Shown here: one piece after another, positions 1-8,683 of the stretch
Layout of the letters: each line of letters begins with the position of its first letter
How positions within the stretch are numbered: position 1 is the first letter of the stretch
NCBI GenBank assembly: GCA_943788985.1
Contig: CALSSJ010000008.1
Location: 1 to 38,531 of the forward strand
Reading direction: 5' to 3'
Origin: an uncultured Lentisphaerales bacterium
Lineage (GTDB): Bacteria; Verrucomicrobiota; Lentisphaeria; JABSQK01; UBA12247
DNA length: 38,531 nt
The notes under the pieces: model-generated
What the model saw: only the letters and a program-made list of their open reading frames with translations
Told to the model about the DNA's origin: nothing
Databases searched by the model: none
Program-made: the position numbers and the translations under genes

Positions 1-1938
1 ATGTTGATGCGGACGCGGTTCTGCTCGATATCTACGTATGGGTCAAGAATGACTTCACGAAAGTCCTCTGGGAGCTGGCTGAACAGCAGCGCCAGCCCAA
101 AGCTGTCGAGTTTCTCGCCCTCGGTGAGTTGCTCGGCGACGCGGACGACGGTAGTGAGGGACAAAACCTTGCCGACGGCGTCGAGGCTTTCCAGGTACTC
201 ATGGGCCGCTGTCACGGTATCCATCTTCTGCTGGGTATACCAGTACTTGTTCGAGCTGTCCTCTTCTTCCTCATCGTCCTCGAACTCGTCAAAATCATCA
301 AAATCTTCGTCTTCCTCCTCCTCTTCTTCCTCGTCCTCGCCAAACGCCCAGTCGGGATCAGCTTCCACGTCGGCTGCGACCTTGGGTGCGTCGTCGGCGT
401 CAGCTGTATCAGTGGGGCTGTTGAAGTTGATGATAAGCTCCAGCGGTGCAGTACCACGAGTTCGGAGTCGATCAGCGTCATACCTTTGTGAATCTCGGTG
501 GATTCGCGGAAGTAGTTGACGAACGAGTTCTCGACCTGCAAGCGGCTAATGCCGATCATGGTTACGATGGCCACAAGGCAGGTGACGAGCAGAACCGGGA
601 TGGTCAGTCGATCGGTGATGCGCGCAAATACACCGGTCAAAGAGAAGCGGAAGCGATCTTCTTTGGGGTCGTGCACGAGTAGGCACGTGGCCGCTGCCGG
701 AAAGAGAAGAAAGGTGACGATCAGTGACACCACCAGACCGGCGGACATCATCCAGCCAAAATTCATGACCGGGAGAATGCCACAGGCTAAAAGCGAGGCA
801 AAGCCCGCCACGGTGGTTAGGCTGGTGTAAAGGCAGGGGATGAAGATGGTGCGTACGGTCTCGCGGACCAACACTCGCTGATCCTTCTCGTCAGGATGCT
901 TGTAGTGGACTTCGGTGTAGCGCACGATCAAGTGAATGTTCAGTGCCATTGGTGATGATGAGCTGCAGCGAGATGAAGTTGGCCGAGATGACGGTCACGG
1001 GCCAATCCATGAGCCCGACAATGCCAAGCATTACCAGCAGTGAGCAGCCGCAACTGAGCATTGGCAGGACCACCCAGCGCACATGGCCAAAGAAAAACGT
1101 GAGCATGCCGATCAAGAAGATGACCATGCCTGCACCAAAAACTTTGAGGTCGCTGCGGATGTAGGACAGCATGTCGTTAGACCACCATTGGTACGCCGCC
1201 AAGATTGAGCTGGGCGCGATCCTGAAACTCTGCGATAATGCTGCGGACCGATGCGACTTGGCGGCTTTGCTTGGCGTTGGTCGCCACGCGCATGCTAATT
1301 GATCTCTGTTTCGAGTTTAGCAAGTTCTTCTGCTTCCTCTGTGGTGATGACCTTGTCCAAGCGTTTCTCTCGCAGATCTGTCCGAGCGTTCACGGCGTCA
1401 GCAAGCACTTGGTCGAATGGGAAGTTCACCTGGATGGCTTGTGGTGCGCCCGTCCAAGCTCAGAAGCATCTCTGAGAACACCGGACTGCTCATAAGCTCA
1501 ACTTTGGCCAGAGCAGGATCCGTCCGCTCCTCTCGCAGTGTCTTTGTGTTTCTGGCGAAGTTCCCCCAGCGGAACCGGCGGGCTGCGCAGCAGCGGGACG
1601 TCAAGAATCGAGACCACGTCTTCCGCACCCTCTAGGTTGTCCAGACGATCGCGCAACTCACGAAGCATGGGCGGAGGCTAGCTGGGGAGAGAGATATCTT
1701 CCTCGGTCTGAACCGTTACGACGAGAAAGGTGGGCGTGTTGTAAGTCTTCGCTAATAGAGCGAAAATAGCGCAGGTCCTCGTCGCCCTCAAGGATAAGGG
1801 TATCCTCTGAGGCATCCAGCCGGAAATTCTTGGCGTTATAGCCGATTGCCGCGACCACGAGTGCCAAGAGAAATAAGGTTGAGGCGCGGATGGGCGAGAA
1901 TAGTACGGTCGTGAGAGACCAGTCAATTTAGGCCCCAT
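1..1938 (-). CDS. MMPL/RND-family transporter (runs off the left edge; split by several apparent frameshifts)
   Basis: Overlapping ORF pieces 1678..1938, 1658..1867, 1398..1628, 891..1202 and 212..949 join into an MMPL protein (FRLDASEDTL, TM block with PCLYTSLTTVAGFASL, ENSFVNYFRESTEIHKG). Another frame below ~440 gives an acidic loop then KYWYTQQKMDTVTAAHEYLESLDAVGKVLSL. Confidence 0.8.
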
Positions 1939-2092
1939 GAAGACTCTCCAGGAATGCAGCGATGATAACCCCGAAAATTACTCCGAGATCGGCCGTGCAG
2001 GTTTGCGATTTAGTTCGCGCTTTTTTGTTCGACAGCCGAGGCTGGCTCATTGTCGGCCGCAGCAGGTGCGTTGGTTGTCCTCTTCGGCATTT

Positions 2093-2673
2093 TCAGCTAG
2101 GGGACTCACGCATCTTGGTGAGCAGGCCATCCGGGCCATCCTTGTGTAGCACCTCGTCGTACTGCGCACCGTAAGAACGAATAATGCTGATGCTCTGGAC
2201 CTCCACAATCATAGATGCGCCAGCCTGCGCTGCGCTTTGCGAGTTTGTAGACAACGTCCCAAGTTCTCGTCCGCCATGACAACAGTCGTAGCGACGGTGG
2301 CCTTGGACTTCTTGACCTTAGCCTCGCCGAACTCAACCGTTTTGTCCTTATAAGCGCTAATCTTATCGACGTAAGCCTTGCGCAATTGCTGATAGAACAG
2401 ATCAGAGAACTCCGTGCGCTGTTCCTCCGACAGTTTGCCCCAGTTCGCCTTTCCTAGGGTCAGCTTGCCCATCAACGTAAAGTCGAACGCAGGGTCGACC
2501 AGTTCAAGCACTGCCTGATTTTGGTCTACGTCAGATTTCGATTCGTCGGCCAGTACCTTAAAAATCGAATCAATCGTATGCTTAACAAAAGCTCCGGCAT
2601 CGCTCTGGTCGGCTTGCAGAAAGGGGGCGCTCAGCAGCGCTAGGAAGATAATGCGAAATGGAATGGTGCGCAC
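2093..2673 (-). CDS. mlaC: MlaC/Ttg2D-family periplasmic lipid-binding protein (frameshifted near the 3' end; end approximate)
   Basis: Signal peptide, FDFTLMGKLTLGKANW, QRTEFSDLF; continuation in other frames gives DVVYKL...WRIYDVEVQSISIIRSYGAQY, a typical MlaC C-terminus. Confidence 0.8.
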
Positions 2674-2675
2674 GA

Positions 2676-3384
2676 TTACTCCTTAATTTTCCTGTCGCGA
2701 AGCTGAGAACTTGCATCGCGTAGAAACAGGTATGGATCAACGGCTGCGTCCACGACCGACTCGTACTCGCCGTTGTGCAATGAAACGTAATTGACCTTAT
2801 CGTAGAGCTTCAGACCAAAGGCCGCACGCCAAGGTTCCACATAGGAAGTGGGATCCAAAAATCCATCCCCAATCCAGCCGATCGTGTCTCGGAGATTCAT
2901 TGGGCCCAGAACGGGTAACGTGACCGGAAAGATTTCACCCATGCCCGCCGCGCCGAGAACTTGGCCCAAGTCCTCGTCGTATGGGTAGAGGTCGTACCTC
3001 TCGCGGGCCGACGTCTTTGAACCCCAAGAGGCCGACCGTGGGAGTTCAGGAAGAAGCGCCCGCGTCTCAATCCCTGCGGGACCAAGACGGCCCTGCAGAA
3101 GATTGCTGACCAGCCGTTTTGGATAGGCAATGTTGGCAAAACATACGGCCGACGCCGGTGCGAGCTGACTCAGGGACTAAAACTTTGTAGCCGTGCGAAG
3201 CCCGGCGTCAGAATAACGCGGTACAGGCCGTCGTTCAGCGTGAACATCACCCGATTGACCCCCTGGAGGGGATCCCAGACCCGCTTGATAGGGCCGAACT
3301 CTTCCCCCGAAATCATCGAAGTCGTCTGCTAATGCTACACCCGCAAGTGCCGAAAAGTATGAAAATCGCTAGTAAAGCCTTCAC
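2676..3384 (-). CDS. mlaA: MlaA/VacJ-family protein (frameshifted; start approximate)
   Basis: WDPLQGVNRVMFTLND near 3230-3280, DLGQVLG, LPVLGPMNLRD and AVDPYLFLRDA are MlaA motifs; sits directly upstream of mlaC. Confidence 0.8.
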
Positions 3385-3509
3385 TCATCCACCCGATTCT
3401 TTCCTAATAGAAACTCAAAAGAATACGCGTTCGCTCAGTAGATTCAAGTAGTGGATGGCGAGGATTTTAGATTCAGATATGACGTGACTCACATCCATTT
3501 CGTAGCAGC

Positions 3510-4873
3510 TCAGATCAGGTAGAGGGAGGCGCTGCCCAGCACAAGGAAGAATCCTACCATATCGGTGAGGGTTGTCAGTAAGGGCGACGAGGCCCAGCGC
3601 AGCATCTACGCCAACTCGTTTCAGGACCATCGGGATGCAGCCGCCCAGGCATACCGCGAACAAGGCAGTTTATGCTAAATGCTCCGCCCAAGACTAGGCC
3701 AAGCGTGACGTCGTCCTTCCAGACCGCGGCAAAGCAGCCGATGATTGTTCCAAGGAGCAGGCCATTGCAGAGTCCGACCTGGCCCTCCTTGATCACCACG
3801 CGCATGATCTCACGCGGCATCAGGAGTCCATGGGCGAGCTCACGAATACTGACGGCGACGGCTTGATTGCCTGAGCAGCCACTCATGTCCGAAATGATCG
3901 GGCAGGAAGACCGCAAGAATGATGACTTCGTTTAGAGTCTCTTGAAACATCGCGATGACGCTGGCCGAAAGGATGTTTAGCCCAATGTTGATGCAGAGCC
4001 ACGGGAGTCTTCGCCCAGTCCGCGCGGCGAACGGCATACTGCGAACTTCTTCGCCTCCGAGAATGCCGCTGAACAGGAGCAGGCGTCGGTCTGCGATTTC
4101 ATCCACGGCCTCCAGGACTGACCGCCTTTCTACAGCGCCGATCAGCTTGCCAGCAATATCGACGACGGGGATTTGCCTGAAACGCATGCGTGTCGAAGGC
4201 GCGGCTCATTTCCTCCAGATTCGCAGACGCCATTAGCCGCACAGGTTTACGCCTGGTCAGGACAGCAAGCTTCATACCCAGTTCCGCCAATAAAACCTCG
4301 CGCACGCGCACGACGCCAGAAAGCCGGCCTTCTTCATCCACCGTATACAGGTAGACCACCTGGTAGTTTGAGTAGTAGTCTCTACGAGCCCGCAAATCTT
4401 TGAATACGGCGCCCACGGTCATCGTCTCCGGGTAACCAAAGAACTCGGTGACCATCATTCCACCCTGCCGAATCTTCATCATGCTGGAGCAGGCGTCGTG
4501 CATCCTCGGCCTCTTCCGGGATCATGTGTGCCAGGATTTCTTCCGCCTCAGCCTCGTCCAGATGACTCAGCACATCGGCCTGATCAGCGCTGTTCATAAT
4601 GTCCAGAATTGCCGCAGCATCGCCGGGCGCCAGGTCATCCAGCAGGCCTGCGGCCTGCTGGTCTGGCAAGTCCTCAACCAATTCCGCAGCGGAGAGTGGT
4701 GTCAGAAGCTCCACCAGTTGATGGTTCGCCTGTTCATTCAGACGGTGCAAAATCCGCGTCTTCTCGGAGGCACTGATAGAGCTGAGCAGCAGTTCAGCAG
4801 CGCTGACATCACCACTGGCGATTAGCGCTTCCAGCTGCTCCCACAATTCTCTCGATTGTTCCTGCACAGTCAT
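3510..4873 (-). CDS. mgtE: Magnesium transporter MgtE (frameshifted)
   Basis: N-terminal helical domain (ADQADVL...EDSAG), CBS pair (YLYTVDEEGRLSG, IPVVDIAGKLIG), TM region RRLPWL, SDMSGCSGNQAVAVSIR and C-terminal LTTLTDMVGFF, spread over five ORF fragments. Confidence 0.85.
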
Positions 4874-5013
4874 CAACGAGTCCTCTGTCGCGGCTTAGCC
4901 GCAACTGTAGCCGGGGCCGCTGCATTCCCCTCCTGTGCTACATGCTTTTAGTGCGTGCTTGACAGGATTGAATTCCGCTTTGCCGGTGACTTCTTCTGGT
5001 GTCCAGAGTCACA

Positions 5014-5058
5014 GATGCGTCGGAAAGTGCGAGGGCCTTTCGCACTGTCCCACGCATC
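5014..5058. repeat. Imperfect 20-bp inverted repeat (REP-like hairpin) in the YHS-mgtE spacer
   Basis: GATGCGTCGGAAAGTGCGAG ... TTCGCACTGTCCCACGCATC, 17/20 complementary; a second bulged hairpin lies at 4986-5012. Confidence 0.6.
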
Positions 5059-5277
5059 CATGATTCTGCGGGCTCCGAACGATACCAAGCGCCTAGAACA
5101 CGTCGTGCCGGCCTCTCACGCAGTGCAGATTCCCGGGCGATCATCTGTCGTGGCAGCGATGCCTCGAATCACTGGAAGAACGGCGTGCGGCCAGAGGTCG
5201 AGACGATCCTGGGGCACTGGCGCCCCTCCCAATGCTTGGCGAGACTGATAGGCCAGCACGGCCCCATCCGAGCGGAG

Positions 5278-5835
5278 CTACTTGCGCCTGAGCGAGCGGC
5301 GCATGGGGAGGCGCGACGGATTGGGGCGCAGGGACTTCACGATAGGCGCTTCTCCGCCTGTGATTTCGCGGTACGCCTCGATGCTCACTTCTGCATAAAA
5401 ATCCGGCTTCTTCTTGAATTTAGCGAGCGCGTGTTCGTTTGCGAAACGATAGCGCCGTCCCATGTGCTCGACTGTAAAGAAGCGGAGTCCGCGCATGACC
5501 TTGCCTTCCTCGGCTAGAAATACGGGGCAGATTCCGCCAAGGCCAAAGCCTTGCTTTGCCAAGGAATATCGCTCGTCCAAGCCTGCCATGAAGACGGCTG
5601 GATTGGCATCAAAAATCCGCTTGCGGCGCTCATCGGGAAACCAATACGTTAGCCCTGCGTAGCGGGAACTAGTGAGTCGTGCGCCGTCTACTAGGACGTC
5701 ATCGCGTACTAAAGTCACGGCGCAGTGCCCCGCAATCGCCACAGTGGGACCGGGCTTGGGCTTGAGGCGTGGCCGTGATTCCTGGGCCGTGAGAATCATC
5801 GGAAAAATCAAGATCAATAGGGCGATAGTTTTCAT
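5278..5835 (-). CDS. Exported protein with two YHS-like domains
   Basis: ATG at 5835, signal peptide MKTIALLILIFPMILTA, two repeats of G-x-C-[AP]-V...Y-x-F...F-xx-[NK]-P-xx-[FY]. Confidence 0.65.
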   Translation of the reverse strand: MKTIALLILIFPMILTAQESRPRLKPKPGPTVAIAGHCAVTLVRDDVLVDGARLTSSRYAGLTYWFPDERRKRIFDANPAVFMAGLDERYSLAKQGFGLGGICPVFLAEEGKVMRGLRFFTVEHMGRRYRFANEHALAKFKKKPDFYAEVSIEAYREITGGEAPIVKSLRPNPSRLPMRRSLRRK

Positions 5836-5845
5836 AGGTCTGTTC

Positions 5846-7105
5846 TCAGCTTTGTCGTGAAATTGCTCGGTGGGCAATGTCGGTCCGGTAATAGACATCC
5901 TGCCAGTGAATGCAGCGAACCGCCCTGTAGGCATTTTCCACTGCGTTGGCGATATCTGTGCCGCTGGCTGTGACGCCCAATACGCGCCCGCCGCTGTTCA
6001 CCAGAGCGTCGCCGTCACGTCGGGTGCCGGCGTGGAAGACCACGGCGCCTGTCGCTGCCGCTTCTTCCAGGCCTGAGATGGCGTGCCCCTTCTCGTAGGA
6101 CCCGGGATAGCCTCCGGAGGCTAGGACTACGCAGACGCTCGGGGCAGGATTCCAGACAAACTCATAGTCCGCCAGACGATTCTCGACGGTGGCAAGAAGT
6201 GCCTCCGCAAGATCACTTTCCAGTCGGTGCAGCACAGCTTGGGTCTCGGGGTCGCCGAAGCGGACATTGAATTCCAGTACCTTGATTCCGTCTGCGGTGA
6301 CCATGATACCGGCGTAAATGATGCCGCGAAAGTCGAGCTTATCTTTTTGGCAGCCAGCGAGGAAGGGGGCCAACACCTGTGCATGAATCTGCTCCCACAG
6401 CGCGTCGTCGACAACCGGTGCCGGAGAATAGGCCCCCATGCCGCCTGTGTTCGGGCCAGTATCTCCATCGCCGACAGGCTTATGATCTTGGGACGAGGCG
6501 AGTGGTTTGATCGTGTTGTGGTCTACAAACGCGAGAATAGATGCTTCTTCGCCGTCTAAGAAGTCTTCGATCAGGACGCGGCTACCGGCTTCTCCGAAGG
6601 CCCCTTCGAAGCAACTCTGCACGGCTTGCTCAGCAGTCATACGGTCGAAGGCGACGGTCACACCCTTGCCCGCGGCAAGGCCATCTGCCTTGATCACGAT
6701 TGGGAGTGCCTGCTTTGCCAAGTGGGCAGAGGCCGATGCAGCATCGCTAAAAGTGGCACTGGCGGCCGTTGGAATTCCGTGCCTGGCCATGAACTCTTTT
6801 GCGTATTCCTTGCTGCCTTCCAGCTGAGCCGCTTCGCGGTCAGGGCCAAAAGCCGCGACTCCTGCTGCGCGTAGATCATTGATCAGGCCATCGCACAGTG
6901 GGGCCTCGGGGCCGACCATGACCAGGCCAATGCCATGGGTCTTGCAGAAGTGTGGGATCTCGTTCTGCTCGAGCGTCACACACTCGGCGTCCTGAATTCC
7001 ACTATTTCCGGGGGAACAGTAAACCTTGTCGACCATCGGGCTTTGGGCCAACTTCCAGACGAGTGTGTGTTCGCGCCCGCCGGCGCCGACGACAAGTAAT
7101 TTCAT
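5846..7105 (-). CDS. purD: Phosphoribosylamine-glycine ligase
   Basis: MKLLVVGAGGREH, GPEAPL, KADGLAAGKGV, QDHK...GPNTGGMGAYSP, EFNVRFGDPETQ, GGRVL. Confidence 0.97.
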   Translation of the reverse strand: MKLLVVGAGGREHTLVWKLAQSPMVDKVYCSPGNSGIQDAECVTLEQNEIPHFCKTHGIGLVMVGPEAPLCDGLINDLRAAGVAAFGPDREAAQLEGSKEYAKEFMARHGIPTAASATFSDAASASAHLAKQALPIVIKADGLAAGKGVTVAFDRMTAEQAVQSCFEGAFGEAGSRVLIEDFLDGEEASILAFVDHNTIKPLASSQDHKPVGDGDTGPNTGGMGAYSPAPVVDDALWEQIHAQVLAPFLAGCQKDKLDFRGIIYAGIMVTADGIKVLEFNVRFGDPETQAVLHRLESDLAEALLATVENRLADYEFVWNPAPSVCVVLASGGYPGSYEKGHAISGLEEAAATGAVVFHAGTRRDGDALVNSGGRVLGVTASGTDIANAVENAYRAVRCIHWQDVYYRTDIAHRAISRQS

Positions 7106-7277
7106 GATACTCCAAATCGATATAAGAATTCTGACAATCTGCCCCCGGTGCGGTACTCCTGCTACTGCTCGGGCGGAGGGGGAAGGTACCATACGCCACT
7201 CCGAGCGATCGCCCCGTTGCTCAATCCGGATCGTGGGTTACTGTGTGAAGGGGATTTACAGGAGAGGAGGTAGAGTG

Positions 7278-7850
7278 ATGCGATTTTTGGGTATATTGAT
7301 GCTGCTTGGCTTGGCCGCTGTATTGGCGTCAGCCGCCGATCATCCACAACTGAGAGCGTTCCCAGCACCTCAGGAAGGGACGACGCGCTACGTGATCGTG
7401 CTGCCCGAGAAGGCCACGGGAGAGGCCGCAGACCTAAAAGTAGAACTGATTCCAGGCAAGGTGATCGAAACCGCTTTTGCGAATCTGTCATTGCTGGGAT
7501 TGCAGATCGATCCTCAGCCGCTCGCAGGGTGGGGCTACACATACTACGCGATCACTGGCAAGGACGTCAGGATGAGCACCATGATGGCAGCGCCTGGCGA
7601 GAAAAAGATCAAGAAGTTTGTGCAGGGCAAGGGCCTGTTTCTCAACTATAACAGTGCGCTACCCGTCGTGATTTATGGGCCTGAGGGATTCGAAGTGCGC
7701 TATCGCATCTGGGAGGCGGGAGAAACGCGCGACGCTGAAAGCGAGGGCGTTGCGGAGGAAGAAGACGGCGAAAACACAGAAGAAACTTCTGGGCCCGAAG
7801 AGGCAGCCGACGAAGCCGCAAAAGAAAAGATTGAGCCAGAAGAGAAATAA
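7278..7850 (+). CDS. eco: Ecotin-family serine protease inhibitor with an acidic C-terminal tail
   Basis: GGAGG RBS, signal peptide, AFPAPQEG...RYVIVLP, KVELIPGK, GWGYTYY, STMMA reactive loop, YNSALPVVIY...EVRYRIW. Confidence 0.88.
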   Translation: MRFLGILMLLGLAAVLASAADHPQLRAFPAPQEGTTRYVIVLPEKATGEAADLKVELIPGKVIETAFANLSLLGLQIDPQPLAGWGYTYYAITGKDVRMSTMMAAPGEKKIKKFVQGKGLFLNYNSALPVVIYGPEGFEVRYRIWEAGETRDAESEGVAEEEDGENTEETSGPEEAADEAAKEKIEPEEK

Positions 7851-7905
7851 GCCTCTTCAGCCAAACAGCTGGCCGATCAAGCGACAAATCTTTTTGATCA
7901 CGTCG

Positions 7906-8292
7906 TCACTGTAAAGGAATGCGAGAAAGCTTTGCCGCGATCAAGGCCTGCCTGCGCTGAACAAGTGGGTTATCGTCTGAGATTTCCTGTAAGCGGTTGC
8001 TGGCAGCGACATAAAGCGAGGCGCTGTGATCCAGATTTCCCGCTTCAAACTTTCGTTCAGCTCGCAGATATAAGTGGCGGGCATCGTGCATCAACCCTTG
8101 ATTGTCTGCCACTTCTGCAGGGCTCAGCGGTGCAGTATCCACTGCATCTGTCCTCGGCAGGATGGGCGTAGCCTGCAGTGGCGGATCGTCCCAATCTGTG
8201 GCGGCGGACGGCCAATCATTGGAGCGGCACGCGGTCATCAAGGTGGCGGAAATGCAAGCGGCAAGCAGCATAAACCGAGCTGGGTATATCAT
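7906..8292 (-). CDS. Hypothetical lipoprotein with a helical C-terminal part
   Basis: ATG at 8292, hydrophobic leader ending LMTAC (lipobox-like), Pro-rich linker, helical segment resembling one TPR unit. Confidence 0.55.
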   Translation of the reverse strand: MIYPARFMLLAACISATLMTACRSNDWPSAATDWDDPPLQATPILPRTDAVDTAPLSPAEVADNQGLMHDARHLYLRAERKFEAGNLDHSASLYVAASNRLQEISDDNPLVQRRQALIAAKLSRIPLQ

Positions 8293-8353
8293 GGATCCAT
8301 TCTCCTTGGCAGTCTCAATGTGGGAACTGTACACGATGATCCCGCAAGCTCAA

Positions 8354-8520
8354 CTAGTGTGATGAATCATAAATTCGTGGGTAAATGCGAGAGCCATCGT
8401 GGATGCTCTGGTGCGCAGATGACAGGGGGCGATGCTGAGACATCGGCGAGGTGTCGCCACTGCGGTGGAGCGCCGAAAGGCTCTCGCATTTACCCACGAA
8501 CGTGTGATTCACCACACTAG
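8354..8520. mobile_element. 167-bp MITE-like element with 42-bp terminal inverted repeats and CTAG ends (IS630-like)
   Basis: 8354-8395 and 8479-8520 are inverted repeats matching at 38/42; both ends carry CTAG; outward reading gives RIYDSSH*/RTCDSPH*, resembling IS630-family transposase termini that stop in CACTAG; no transposase inside. Confidence 0.75.
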
Positions 8521-8549
8521 CTGCCACGGCGAAAATCCAGATGCTACCA

Positions 8550-8566
8550 AGCAGCGATCTTGCCAA
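8550..8566 (-). promoter_or_regulatory. Putative sigma54 -24/-12 promoter
   Basis: Minus strand TTGGCAAGATCGCTGCT has GG-N10-GC spacing; divergent from and ~120 bp before a sigma54 activator gene. Confidence 0.6.
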
Positions 8567-8683
8567 GACTGACAACGAGCATATACTGGAGGGCCCCAGA
8601 GTCTGTTTTAAAAAGGAGCCGGCCTTGAGAAGATTTCCACGTGCAGTCGAGGAAAGGTATTGTGATCGTTGTGGTCCGGGCCG

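Noticed and set aside
1..519. Ser-rich plus-strand ORF and TCC/TCT microsatellite-like run
   Set aside because: It is the antisense shadow of the Glu/Asp-rich loop of the MMPL gene.
1..4500. Mass pseudogenisation or programmed frameshifting of MMPL, mlaC, mlaA and mgtE
   Set aside because: Indels are dense only here and affect four adjacent genes alike while motifs stay intact; this fits low-coverage long-read error better.
4877..5277. M-box (ykoK) riboswitch upstream of mgtE
   Set aside because: The conserved UAGGUGAGGCU-type core was not found on the minus strand.
8354..8520. CRISPR repeat or tRNA
   Set aside because: Only two inverted copies, no spacers, no cas genes and no cloverleaf.
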